Assembly (NCBI GenBank): GCA_963759805.1
Contig: CAVXAT010000001.1
Location: 256,001-320,000 of the forward strand
Source of the DNA: an uncultured bacterium
Lineage (GTDB): Bacteria; Babelota; Babeliae; Babelales; RVW-14
Direction: 5' to 3'
Length of the DNA: 64,000 bases
In this document: piece by piece, positions 47,658 through 57,688 of the stretch
Position numbering within the stretch: position 1 is the stretch's first letter
How the letters are laid out: every line of letters begins with the position of its first letter
Notes under the pieces: generated by a model
The model's input: only the letters and a program-made list of their open reading frames with translations
The model's database searches: none
Told to the model about the DNA's origin: nothing
Program-made: the position numbers and the translations under genes

Positions 47658-48105
47658 TCAAATTGCCATTCGCGTTACGCTCAAGCAAACATCTTAGATT
47701 ACAAACAATCTGATTACCATTCACCAAGCTGGCAGACAAGACCAAACAATCTGTCTTGCAGACAGATTGTTTGGTCTTGATTTCAGATTTTGCCTTGGGA
47801 GCAAATACTGTAAATCGCGCAACGTTTGCATTTTTAATTTCAACTTCAGTTAAACAAAAATTCACATCAACATCTGTTGGTTTTTTCAATTTTAAAAAGG
47901 TATCAAAATTTTTACAAGTCAAATCAACTCCTGAATTCAAAATTCTGTTCGTCAGATAAAACCGTTTATAAAAAAGTTCACGCTGGTACTGGACGTCACA
48001 CATTAAACTCGACACATGCCAACAGCGAATGGCGGCAAGTGACACAACAAATGAAACAATAAAAACAAGTAAAAGAGCGCTACCGCATGAAAGTTTGCTC
48101 TTCAT
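47581..48105 (-). CDS. PilX/GspK-like minor (pseudo)pilin
   Basis: G|SALLLVFIV N-terminus; third gene of the pilin cluster. Confidence 0.5.
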   Translation of the reverse strand: MKSKLSCGSALLLVFIVSFVVSLAAIRCWHVSSLMCDVQYQRELFYKRFYLTNRILNSGVDLTCKNFDTFLKLKKPTDVDVNFCLTEVEIKNANVARFTVFAPKAKSEIKTKQSVCKTDCLVLSASLVNGNQIVCNLRCLLERNANGNLNAETKDQNGTGISFMVTYFTLSASL

Positions 48106-48725
48106 GCTACAACCCTATTCCTAAATTTTATAAAAAATTTTTGTTCAAAAATCTTTTGCTCTTGCCCAGCCGTGCCTGGCGTTTTGTCCGTCGTAGCCTT
48201 GGCGAAGTCGGAAGCCACGACTTGTCCCTCGGAGCTACCTGAGCGGGGTGGGAAGGGCGAAGCCTGGGAACAGGTACTTTTGTAAACAACCCAAACGCCA
48301 CTACATTCCAAAACAAAACTGATCTCTTTTATAGATTTGCAAACAATACAGGATGTTCTAGAAATCCACACATGCTTTACAAAATCATACTCACCCTGTG
48401 CACGCATAAGGCCCTGATTTCCAATAAACCAAGAGACCCCAATGCTCTGCGGTACATTTTTGTCAATCAGGGTTAGTTTTTTAAAAACGGACTGCTGCAA
48501 ATCCCAATCAGTGGAATACTGGCTGGCACTCATCAAATCTCTTTTTAGCAGATCGAGTGCAATGGTTTGTCTATGTAAATTTTCTTGCTCGGAAGAGACG
48601 TTCATAAACTTAAGCTGCGCTCGTGAAGCCACACCCAAGAACAGTACTGATATAAATGAAAATAGAGCGAGATAAACAGTAAATTCAACTAATGAAAAGC
48701 CTTTATTCTTCACATACTCTTTCAT
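48102..48725 (-). CDS. Prepilin-type N-terminal cleavage protein
   Basis: KG|FSLVEFTVYLALF. Confidence 0.8.
   Translation of the reverse strand: MKEYVKNKGFSLVEFTVYLALFSFISVLFLGVASRAQLKFMNVSSEQENLHRQTIALDLLKRDLMSASQYSTDWDLQQSVFKKLTLIDKNVPQSIGVSWFIGNQGLMRAQGEYDFVKHVWISRTSCIVCKSIKEISFVLECSGVWVVYKSTCSQASPFPPRSGSSEGQVVASDFAKATTDKTPGTAGQEQKIFEQKFFIKFRNRVVA
48161..48270. repeat. Nested palindromes in frame in the prepilin gene
   Basis: GC-rich island encoding SQASPFPPRSGSSEGQVVASDFAKATTDKTPGTAGQ. Confidence 0.85.
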
Positions 48726-49123
48726 ATCTCAAGACAACAATTTTTCCCAACCAACGATTTCCACTCTACTTTAACTTTTGTAACTGACTTATCTTTATCT
48801 GGTTGAGCAAGATTCTTTTGCCCAAAAGAGCTTGGCTCAAAACTAAGCCTAAAATTACGCCCATTACTGACAAAAATAGCTGATTCGCCGTTAGTCTTAT
48901 TCAAACTACCCTGCTCCAACAATTCAACCGCCATTCCCAACGCCTTATCCCGCATATAAAAAGAGTCCTGTAGCTCAAGCAGTAGTGATTGCATGCGCAT
49001 TAATGAGGAGATTAGTACCAGTCCTATAACAATAGCCACCATTAACTCTATTAACAAAAAACCTGAAGAGTGTGATTTTGCCATATCAAGCCATCTTTTA
49101 ATCCCACAGTTTGACTTTAACAT
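48722..49123 (-). CDS. Prepilin-type N-terminal cleavage protein
   Basis: SG|FLLIELMVAIVIG; the true start may be the ATG at 49084. Confidence 0.8.
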   Translation of the reverse strand: MLKSNCGIKRWLDMAKSHSSGFLLIELMVAIVIGLVLISSLMRMQSLLLELQDSFYMRDKALGMAVELLEQGSLNKTNGESAIFVSNGRNFRLSFEPSSFGQKNLAQPDKDKSVTKVKVEWKSLVGKNCCLEI

Positions 49124-49188
49124 TCCAAATCCTATAAAATTATATTAGAAATTAAATATTTCGGGCCTTTTATAAAGCCGGGGGGGCT

Positions 49189-50145
49189 ATGAAAATATCA
49201 CGTATGAAAACATCACGTTGTCTAGCAGTTATCATATTTTGCGCAGTTAGCGCAAGTATCTCGTTTTTTATCAAAGCAGATGTATTTGAGGATCTGTTTA
49301 AGAATGTTGATTTTGAACAACTGACAAAAGACATGGAAAAAATGCTTGGAGATGCAGAAGACAGCAAGGAGGGTCTACCCAAAATGCCTGCAGTGCCATC
49401 AAAAGAGGGCGTTACTGGAATTTCTGGAGCAGCTGAAAAGGTAACAGAACCCACCGGACCGAAAAAGGATCGTCGAACTCTTTTTCTTGACCCGGATATG
49501 AAAAAAATTGAGGTTAAAAACAAAACCACAACCGAACCAACCAAAGAATCCCGTAAGGCCCTTTCTAGTTTTGTTAAAGAGATGGATAAAAATTTAAAAA
49601 ATTTTGAGAATTACATTGAGGCCAATAAGAAACTCTCTCCTCAATTCAAAGAAAAATATCTGCATGAGATAAGAAAAAAGATCGATGAGATTGTTGTTGC
49701 AAGTGAATTGATTGATAGCAAGAAAATTTATCAAAAAATATTTCTGACGCCCCCTGTGAGCGCCTCGACACGAAGTGCTTCACCACAAAAATCACCCACA
49801 GGATTTGGCAGCAACATGATGATGCTACAAGATTCAATGAAGCAATTAAGACAGAGATACTTATCACTTATTGATGAGTTAAATTCATTAAATAAAAAAC
49901 TAGAGGTAAGTGAAGAGGAAGAGTCTAAAGAGAAAGATAAAGCAGTTCTTGAAGAACTTGCCGGCAAAGAGGCAGAACTTTTACCAGAGTATACCGCACT
50001 GGTTCCAAGTAAACAAAAAGTACGCGGTGCAAAACCAACACCACAAACTGATCAAAAAAAGTTAAAATCTATTAAAAAAACACATTACTCAAAAACCATA
50101 AAACCCCAAACGTCTGCAGAAGTACAAACCGGAGTACAAAGATGA
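49189..50145 (+). CDS. Hypothetical exported coiled-coil protein
   Basis: Signal peptide; K/E-rich body. Confidence 0.75.
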   Translation: MKISRMKTSRCLAVIIFCAVSASISFFIKADVFEDLFKNVDFEQLTKDMEKMLGDAEDSKEGLPKMPAVPSKEGVTGISGAAEKVTEPTGPKKDRRTLFLDPDMKKIEVKNKTTTEPTKESRKALSSFVKEMDKNLKNFENYIEANKKLSPQFKEKYLHEIRKKIDEIVVASELIDSKKIYQKIFLTPPVSASTRSASPQKSPTGFGSNMMMLQDSMKQLRQRYLSLIDELNSLNKKLEVSEEEESKEKDKAVLEELAGKEAELLPEYTALVPSKQKVRGAKPTPQTDQKKLKSIKKTHYSKTIKPQTSAEVQTGVQR

Positions 50146-52112
50146 AAAAATTATTTTATTTATTAATTTTACTGACAGCAGGCTTACTAAATATTAATTT
50201 ATATGCCGGCGCAGAGTTACCCGTAACGGAGTTGCCTGTAACAGGTTCTACAAGTTCGGACATAGGGACCCCTGCGACAGGCTCGACTGAAGACTTATCA
50301 TTCGCAGATTTTTTAAAACAGCTTGAAACAAAACAAAATTTAGATAAAGAGTCAGCTCAGGATAAAAATTTAAACAATAACGAAGGGGAACGGTTAGAAC
50401 GAGAAATTGTCACTATGTTCAACCAAAAAATAACCCCTCTTGCAAATGATATTTCAAAAATAGTTCAAAGCCCTGATGCAAAAAAAGCGCTTGAAGAGAA
50501 GATAAAAGAGCGAGAACAGAAGCAGAAAGAGGCCGAACGTAGAATAGAAAAGATGAAACTTAAACATCCATCCGGATATACCCCATCCTATCGCCCATCC
50601 AGTGGCTATGGCCGAGACTACAGCCCTTCATCCTACAAAGGTCGTAGTGATAGGTATGGAACTGGTTATGATGGATACACCCCAGGTTCAAGCTACTGGG
50701 ATAAAAACAAGCCGGGTGAGAGTAAATTGGAAAGCAAAGAACCAGGTAAAGCTGGTGGTAAATCTGGAACCGGTGGTAAATCTGGAACCGGTGGTAAATC
50801 TGAATCCGAGGATAAAGAGAAAAAACATGGCGGTTCGGGCGGGGATAAAGACGTCAAAAAGGCTATCGCTTCGGTAGACCATTTAACAAAAGAAATTCGA
50901 GAAATTCTTTCACGAGAAAATAAAAAAATTGGCGATAAGACTGCAATACATGATCTGGCTACACATGGAACTCTTGTGCGCTTGAATAACCTTTTTGATA
51001 AAAGAGAAAAGGAGCTATGGAACATTCCGGAAGATAATAAGGATCTTGATAAAAAATCAAGTAAACAAGTTAGGGGCTTGCGTACAAAGGGTAGGGTTCA
51101 AAGTAAGACTAAAGTCACTGGGCAGAAAGTTAAGGGCTCCGGGAAGGAAGATAACTGGCACAGTAAAATTAAAGATTTCGCTAAAGAAAAAAAGATGTGG
51201 GAACAGTTTGCACCGCAAATTGTCAGCGCCATACAGGATCCTGAAGGTATGGCCGCGGCACAAAACGCAGGTAGCGAACTGCTTAAGTCGCTTAAACTTT
51301 ATGAGTATATATCTGATTTTCCTGCCGGTTATGAATCAGAGATAAGCAAAAAAGAAAAGAAAGAGGAAAAAGAGGAACCCGAATCTCCAGAGAAGTCTGA
51401 TTCTGAAAAGAAAGCAGCGGCTGAAAAGAAACCAGAGGCGAAAGGAAAAACAGATTCTGAAAAGAAGTCCAGTCCCACATTAAATAGAATAAAAATAAAT
51501 ACGCAGAGAATAGAAAAGCTTATTACACAAAATATAAAAGATTTGAAACCAGAATCCAAAAATCCTGCTGATATCGAAAAAATGGAGAGTTTTTTAGCAC
51601 AGATCTTAAAATTATTTAATGAGAGAGATATGGATATCGCCGGATTGGATAACCCCAAAGAAGTAATGCAAAGTAAAGAAGAAACCAAAATGTGGGGTAA
51701 GCTTCTGCCTATCCTGATTCAAGCAGTAACATATTCAGAAGAAAAAACAGGCCGTGAACTTCTTGATTCACTTGAACTTAATGAGTATATAACTGCGTCA
51801 ACAATCAGTTCAGAGATAAGTAAAATTGAGGCCAAACTACTGGCCGAAAAAGCAAAATTAGAGGCCAAAACGCGCTCCCGCGCAACAATGCAAGCACTTC
51901 ATAGAATTGCTCAGCGAGCACACAAAATTTGGGACAAAATCAAAGATGCAGGATTGAAGAAGCTGGTCAGTAAATTCCAACAAGAGGAAGCCAAATCCGA
52001 AGAGAAATCAGATAAAATTGAACATGCAAAATTGAAAAAGCCAATAAGCAAAAGGGCCCTTGCAAAGGAAAAAATGGCCATTGCAAAAAAGGTCCCAAAA
52101 AGAAGAAATTGA
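50142..52112 (+). CDS. Hypothetical exported protein with low-complexity segments and an internal repeat
   Basis: Signal peptide, GY-rich segment, three GGKS(GT) units and a duplicated helical module. Confidence 0.8.
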   Translation: MKKLFYLLILLTAGLLNINLYAGAELPVTELPVTGSTSSDIGTPATGSTEDLSFADFLKQLETKQNLDKESAQDKNLNNNEGERLEREIVTMFNQKITPLANDISKIVQSPDAKKALEEKIKEREQKQKEAERRIEKMKLKHPSGYTPSYRPSSGYGRDYSPSSYKGRSDRYGTGYDGYTPGSSYWDKNKPGESKLESKEPGKAGGKSGTGGKSGTGGKSESEDKEKKHGGSGGDKDVKKAIASVDHLTKEIREILSRENKKIGDKTAIHDLATHGTLVRLNNLFDKREKELWNIPEDNKDLDKKSSKQVRGLRTKGRVQSKTKVTGQKVKGSGKEDNWHSKIKDFAKEKKMWEQFAPQIVSAIQDPEGMAAAQNAGSELLKSLKLYEYISDFPAGYESEISKKEKKEEKEEPESPEKSDSEKKAAAEKKPEAKGKTDSEKKSSPTLNRIKINTQRIEKLITQNIKDLKPESKNPADIEKMESFLAQILKLFNERDMDIAGLDNPKEVMQSKEETKMWGKLLPILIQAVTYSEEKTGRELLDSLELNEYITASTISSEISKIEAKLLAEKAKLEAKTRSRATMQALHRIAQRAHKIWDKIKDAGLKKLVSKFQQEEAKSEEKSDKIEHAKLKKPISKRALAKEKMAIAKKVPKRRN

Positions 52113-52176
52113 GATAGATTCTTCTCCAGCTAACACGTAAAAAAATTATCCCTAAAGAAACCAAAAACCTCAGTTT

Positions 52177-52222
52177 GGGCACACGTTGAGCGCCGCACCG
52201 CACCAACGTGTGCCTCTTTTTT
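52177..52222 (+). terminator. Intrinsic terminator
   Basis: GGCACACGTTG...CAACGTGTGCC followed by a T tract. Confidence 0.75.
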
Positions 52223-52646
52223 ATCTAAACCATTGACAAAAACTCGCCAAATTCGTCATCATGAATACAGTTAGTTTCATAGGCGAAAGGAACAGTAGGA
52301 TGCGATCGAACAACAAAGCGTTTATAAAAATAATAGCGCTAAAATTTTTGTGGATGATAAGTATAATTACGATTATTTTAAGCATCGTAAAGAAATTTAA
52401 AATTTAACATCTACAAATTTTAAATTCATTGCTTTCCCCTCTCAGATATTTTTAAAAAAATTCTTTTTTTAAAAATTCCCAACTTAATATTTTCCGGCAA
52501 CAACTAAACCTTTATATCTAAGCCGAATTTAATTATATTTTACTTTTATTGACTAATATGAAATCGAAACCGTAGAATTAAATTGAAAAGCTAATAAATT
52601 CACATGCACTTTTAATTCAACGTTTTTATTAAGGGGGGAGAAAAAA

Positions 52647-53642
52647 ATGAAAACAATTAGAATTTTGGTCATCACAGCGATGGTTTTACTCAGTTTCTCA
52701 AATTTTGGCATTGCCGGGCATGCAAAAAAGACTAAAACATCAGATGCTGCATCACTGACGGATCTGTCATCCGATGCTGAAACTTTAATTCCAGCGCAGC
52801 AAGCGCTGCAAGATTTTAAATCTTATTTCAATAAACAGATCGCCAAACACAATCTATCACTATCATCCGAACAAATTGACTCGCTTACGGCTAAAAGCCG
52901 CAGCTTAATCTACGAAAGCTCACGCGAAGGCCAGATAAGCCAGGCAAATTCACGCAAGATTCAAAAAGAGTTTAAACTCTACCTCAAAACAGCGTATCCG
53001 GAAAATTTTAAAATCAAACGCTCTCAAAACGAAGTTAATTACAAGCTAGCTCGTCGTAGAATTCGCGCAACAACAAAAGATTTTATCGTAAACAAACTAC
53101 AAATCAAAAATAACACTGAAATAAAAGAACTTTGGGATAAAGTTAAAAGCATGGTCTATAAAAAGCTTGATAAAGCAGCATATTTTAATGATTTTAATGA
53201 GCTGGTTGTTGACGAATCTGCCATTCCGGAGATTATTGGCAAAGTTTTCACCAAGCTTGAAGCTGAGAATCCTAACGATAATAACGGTAATTCCATAAAC
53301 GCCGAGATTCTAAACCGCCACAAGCATACGCACCAACAAGCTACCGCTCCGGAAAAAATCTCTGCCCCAATTGCAGAAAAATTGGTTAGATTAATGATTC
53401 GCAATAAGGGAATCAGCGCAAAGCACAACGACACACTAACTCATAAGATAATGAAAGAAGTAAACAAAAACCTTAAAAGAGGTCGCATATCAAAAGAGTT
53501 TGTTGTGCAGACAACAAAACGAGAAATCGAAGAGTTTATGGAGTTGAAAAGTAATGTCACCAAAAAGGCAACCGGACGATACCTGGATAGATTCATTAAA
53601 GCCATGGGACAGGTACCAGAAACAAACCCAAATGAACCTTGA
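52647..53642 (+). CDS. Hypothetical exported basic protein
   Basis: GGGGAG RBS, signal peptide, helical K-rich body. Confidence 0.75.
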   Translation: MKTIRILVITAMVLLSFSNFGIAGHAKKTKTSDAASLTDLSSDAETLIPAQQALQDFKSYFNKQIAKHNLSLSSEQIDSLTAKSRSLIYESSREGQISQANSRKIQKEFKLYLKTAYPENFKIKRSQNEVNYKLARRRIRATTKDFIVNKLQIKNNTEIKELWDKVKSMVYKKLDKAAYFNDFNELVVDESAIPEIIGKVFTKLEAENPNDNNGNSINAEILNRHKHTHQQATAPEKISAPIAEKLVRLMIRNKGISAKHNDTLTHKIMKEVNKNLKRGRISKEFVVQTTKREIEEFMELKSNVTKKATGRYLDRFIKAMGQVPETNPNEP

Positions 53643-53708
53643 AATTGTAAAAACCAACAAAAATCGATTAAAAATTTCTTAATCCAAAAATATAATTCTG
53701 AATTTCGT

Positions 53709-53733
53709 AAGGGGCGCATTCGCGCCCCTTTTT
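53709..53733. terminator. Terminator between convergent genes
   Basis: AAGGGGCGC-ATTC-GCGCCCCTT followed by TTT. Confidence 0.8.
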
Positions 53734-53762
53734 CTACTATTTCAATTTTCACAAACTTTATT

Positions 53763-55001
53763 TTAGTTATTACTTTGTGATGCAAGTGCTTGCTTAAGCT
53801 CATTTACCTTATTTGTCTGTTCCCACGTGAAATCTGGCTCATTCTCTCGTCCAAAGTGTCCGTAGGTCGCCGTTTTTCTGTAGATAGGTCTTTTAAGATT
53901 AAGATATTTAATTATTCCCGCAGGTTTAAGAGGAAAAACCTTTCTGACAGCTTTTTCAATTGCTTCAGAACTTGTTTGTGATGTTCCAAAAGTATTAACA
54001 TAAACCGAAACAGGTTCTGCAACCCCTATGCAGTATGCAATCTGAACTTCGCATCGATCCGCAATACCAGCAGCAACAATATTTTTCGCTACATGTCTTG
54101 CCATATAAGCAGCAGACCTATCAACTTTAGATGGATCTTTTCCAGAGAAGCAACCTCCACCATGTCTGCCCATTCCACCATAAGTATCAACAATAATTTT
54201 TCTTCCTGTTAATCCCGTATCGCCTTGCGGCCCACCAATTGCAAACGATCCTGTTTCATTAACAAAATATCTGGTTTGGGACGTTACATACTTACCGCAT
54301 ATCGGTAAAATTACATTTTTTATTACCTCTTGTTTAATCACATCTTGCAAAACAGCAGGATCATGTTGCGCGGCAATAACTACGGCTGTAACATTGGCAG
54401 GCTTACCGTCTACATATTTGACGGTAACCTGAGTTTTTCCATCCGGACGCAACCATGAAAGTGTCCTGTCTTTTCGTACCTGCGAAAGTTTGAACGCAAG
54501 CTTGTGAGCTAGACTTATTGGCAACGGCATAAGTTCAGGGGTCTCAGTACATGCATAACCAAACATAAGCCCCTGGTCCCCTGCTCCCTGCTCATGTTCT
54601 TTCGTTTCCTTTACCCCCTGTGCAATGTCAGGACTTTGTTTATTAATTGCCGCAATAACAGCACAACTGTCGCAACTCATTCCATAATCCGGATGGGTAT
54701 ATCCGGCGTCACGCAAAACACCCCGAACAACATCCTGCACATTGATTGTTGCAGATGTTGTAATTTCTCCGGTAACTACAACCATGCCAAGGGTAGCAAG
54801 CGTTTCGCACGCAACGTGGGAATCCGGATCTTGTGCAAGTGCAGCATCAAGAACAGCATCTGATATCTGATCACAAATTTTATCAGGATGCCCTTCCGTA
54901 ACTGATTCAGAAGAAAAAAGATAACTGTTTTCTCCATAAATGGGCTGGGAACAAAGAGTTAAAAATAATATTGCACTGCCCAAAAAAGATATTCGCTTCA
55001 T
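53763..55001 (-). CDS. metK: S-adenosylmethionine synthetase with signal-peptide-like N-terminal extension
   Basis: [37 protein letters not shown] and YGHFGR. Confidence 0.97.
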   Translation of the reverse strand: MKRISFLGSAILFLTLCSQPIYGENSYLFSSESVTEGHPDKICDQISDAVLDAALAQDPDSHVACETLATLGMVVVTGEITTSATINVQDVVRGVLRDAGYTHPDYGMSCDSCAVIAAINKQSPDIAQGVKETKEHEQGAGDQGLMFGYACTETPELMPLPISLAHKLAFKLSQVRKDRTLSWLRPDGKTQVTVKYVDGKPANVTAVVIAAQHDPAVLQDVIKQEVIKNVILPICGKYVTSQTRYFVNETGSFAIGGPQGDTGLTGRKIIVDTYGGMGRHGGGCFSGKDPSKVDRSAAYMARHVAKNIVAAGIADRCEVQIAYCIGVAEPVSVYVNTFGTSQTSSEAIEKAVRKVFPLKPAGIIKYLNLKRPIYRKTATYGHFGRENEPDFTWEQTNKVNELKQALASQSNN

Positions 55002-55174
55002 TACAAAACTCCTTTTAAAATTAAGAATAAAATTGGGTTGAGAATTGGGTTAAGAAAATGATTTTATATTGTTTGGAAAATAGTGTAAAGATGAAAATCG
55101 CTTCTGTTTTAATTGAGGTAAAAGAGTAGTTTCAAGTTTAAAATTCATAGTTTTTAGCGTTTTTAATCATTTAT

Positions 55175-55232
55175 TTGCAAATTGACACCGCTATCGTCAT
55201 AATGAGTCTCAAAATGACGAAACCGGCGTCAA
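55175..55232 (+). promoter_or_regulatory. Promoter overlapped by an imperfect inverted repeat
   Basis: TTGCAA-17 bp-CATAAT; TTGACACCG..TCGTCAT / ATGACGA..CGGCGTCAA. Confidence 0.55.
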
Positions 55233-55273
55233 ATTGTTTAAAATATCGATTTGTTTTAAATAAAGGCTAAAAA

Positions 55274-56443
55274 ATGAATTTAAAATATATAACTCGAGTC
55301 TTTAAGGACCCCGAAACAAGCTATTTTCTTTTCGGTCCTAGAGGGACTGGCAAATCAACAATGACTGCGAAAAATCATCCAGATGCATTATTAATCGATT
55401 TGCGACAAGCGGACATTCGATATCGGCTTACTGCAAACCCAGATCATTTAACAGAGCTAGTTGGCGCACAGCCAGATGGAAAAACAATTGTAATTGATGA
55501 GATTCAAAAAATCCCGGAGCTCTTGCCAATCGTACACATGCTTATTGAAAAAAAGCGTATGTGGAAATTTATTCTTACCGGCTCAAGTGCTAGAAAGCTC
55601 AAAAGGCAAGGTGTAGATCTGCTTGGAGGACGAGCATTTAAAAAGGTACTCCATCCTTTTATGGCCTGTGAACTTAAAGAACAGTTTAATCTTGAAGACG
55701 CATTAAACTATGGGCTTTTGCCACTTCGTTTTTCTTATCCTGATTACAAATCAACATTAAATGCCTACATAGATTTATATCTGGAAGAAGAGGTAAAAAT
55801 GGAAGGACTCATCCGCCACATTGAACCCTTTACCAGATTTTTGCAGATAATGAGCCTTTCTCATGGTGCCATTTTAAATGTCACAAACATTTCCCGCGAA
55901 TGCCATGTAAAACGAACAACTGTAAACGAGTGGATCTCTATTTTAGAAGATTTACTGATCTGTTATCAAATCAATGTTTTTACTCAGAGAGCAAAACGAG
56001 AACTTAGCTCTCATCCCAAATTTTATTTTTTTGATGCCGGTGTTTATCGTGCGCTACGTCCAAAATCAATAAAGGACAGTGAATCAGAAATAAATGGAGC
56101 GGGATTAGAAGGTCTTGTTGCACAACATCTGATGGCATGGAAAGATTATACAACCGAAAAGCATGAAATCTCATTTTGGCGTACAAGATCGGGAGTTGAG
56201 GTAGATTTTGTTGTTTTTGGAACACTTGGGTTTTGGGCAATTGAGGTAAAAAATACTGAAAAAATTCGTATCGAAGATCTGGCCGCTCTTTCTGCCTTTC
56301 ATGAAGATTATCCCGAAGCCAAAACCATTTTTCTTTATCGCGGCAAGGAACGCATGTTAAAAAATGGTATACTCTGTTTGCCATGCGATGAATTTCTTAG
56401 CTCACTCTACCCTGACCTGCCGTTATTACATGGATTGGGTTAG
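55274..56443 (+). CDS. AAA_14 ATPase with DUF4143 and PD-(D/E)XK-like C-terminus
   Basis: GPRGTGKS, IDEIQK, LTGSSA, KFYFFDAG and EVDFV...IEVK. Confidence 0.9.
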   Translation: MNLKYITRVFKDPETSYFLFGPRGTGKSTMTAKNHPDALLIDLRQADIRYRLTANPDHLTELVGAQPDGKTIVIDEIQKIPELLPIVHMLIEKKRMWKFILTGSSARKLKRQGVDLLGGRAFKKVLHPFMACELKEQFNLEDALNYGLLPLRFSYPDYKSTLNAYIDLYLEEEVKMEGLIRHIEPFTRFLQIMSLSHGAILNVTNISRECHVKRTTVNEWISILEDLLICYQINVFTQRAKRELSSHPKFYFFDAGVYRALRPKSIKDSESEINGAGLEGLVAQHLMAWKDYTTEKHEISFWRTRSGVEVDFVVFGTLGFWAIEVKNTEKIRIEDLAALSAFHEDYPEAKTIFLYRGKERMLKNGILCLPCDEFLSSLYPDLPLLHGLG

Positions 56444-56529
56444 GAATGAGCAAATGATTGCAAAATAACGAGGTTGAAATTATGAAATTGGGAAAGTAAA
56501 ATCAAGTTTGTTTGTGAAAGGATATTTTT

Positions 56530-56748
56530 ATGAGAGCTATCGAATTTTCAGGTAATATTAAAGATGGAATTGTCAAAATTCCTAAAAAATTTTTACCCAA
56601 TTTAGCTGATGAATCTGTGCGAATAATAATTCTTGTCAAAGAACAAGAACCATCAAGAAAAAAGCTTTCTTTTAAAAAACGGTTTAAATCTGTAGGCCTT
56701 GATACGCGTGGTTTTAAATTTAATCGAAATGAGGCAAATGAGCGATAA
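56530..56748 (+). CDS. Putative antitoxin
   Basis: 72 aa ending FKFNRNEANER; overlaps the start of the PIN gene. Confidence 0.75.
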   Translation: MRAIEFSGNIKDGIVKIPKKFLPNLADESVRIIILVKEQEPSRKKLSFKKRFKSVGLDTRGFKFNRNEANER

Positions 56749-57148
56749 ATTCTTTATCGACACTAATATTTTGGTCTATTTTTATACCAAAACCGAAAAG
56801 ACAAAATTAAATATCTTAGAAAAACTTTTAAACCAAGCCGATTTGGTTGTCAGTACGCAAGTTTTAAATGAGTTATCAAATGTATTACTTAAAAAATTTA
56901 ATTTATCTGCTGACGAAATAACCATGCTAATACAGGAAGTATCGCGATGGTGCTTGGTTCATACAGTTGACATAACCACCATTATTCGCGCTCTTTATAT
57001 TACCAAAAGATATAAAGTCTCTTTTTTTGATGGACTTATGATTGCCGCAGCATTGGAATGCAATTGTAAAATTATGTATTCGGAAGACATGCATCATGAT
57101 TGCTTGATAGAAGAATCATTGAGTATCGTTAATCCATTCAAGATTTGA
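56738..57148 (+). CDS. PIN-domain (VapC-like) toxin
   Basis: FIDTNILVY, STQVLNE, SFFDGLMIAAA, YSED and NPF. Confidence 0.9.
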   Translation: MSDKFFIDTNILVYFYTKTEKTKLNILEKLLNQADLVVSTQVLNELSNVLLKKFNLSADEITMLIQEVSRWCLVHTVDITTIIRALYITKRYKVSFFDGLMIAAALECNCKIMYSEDMHHDCLIEESLSIVNPFKI

Positions 57149-57221
57149 TTAGAAATCAATTTATGCCAGGTCAAAAACTGTAAAGGATTTTTATGATCAA
57201 ACAAATACAAATGTCTGGTCG

Positions 57222-57446
57222 ATGGAAACTGTTTTTCTCCCTGATTGGTGCAAGCGCTTTGGGAACGTTGACAGTTCTGCCGTATGTTTTAACACCAAAA
57301 ACTTGGAAGAAGCGATGCATGCTTACCGCATTACAACCAACGAGGTGAACAATTGCTATCCAACAATCTGTGGAATCCTGTTATTTGGCAAGAACCCACA
57401 ATATTTCTTCCCTGAAGCCCGCATTATGTGTAATCATTTTCCATAG
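57222..57446 (+). pseudogene. Fragment of an AlbA_2/HATPase_c_4 (RecG-related regulator) gene
   Basis: PTICGILLFGKNPQYFFPEARI is characteristic of that family; the rest is missing. Confidence 0.55.
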
Positions 57447-57688
57447 AAAATTTTGAATCCAAAACCAAGAATTTATTGAGGCTGACAGTCATCAATCAAA
57501 CAAATCACCCGGCGCACCTTCCTTCCCGCCATTTTCCCCAAGAACATCTTTTCCCCAACCCAAAGCATCCACCACCCCCTAATAAATTCGCTAGAATCTA
57601 CCAATAACGAAGAAATTTTATAAAAATACTACCAAATGCTATGCTATAAATATAAATTTTTAGATAGGAAGTTAAAGAAAGGGAAAAC

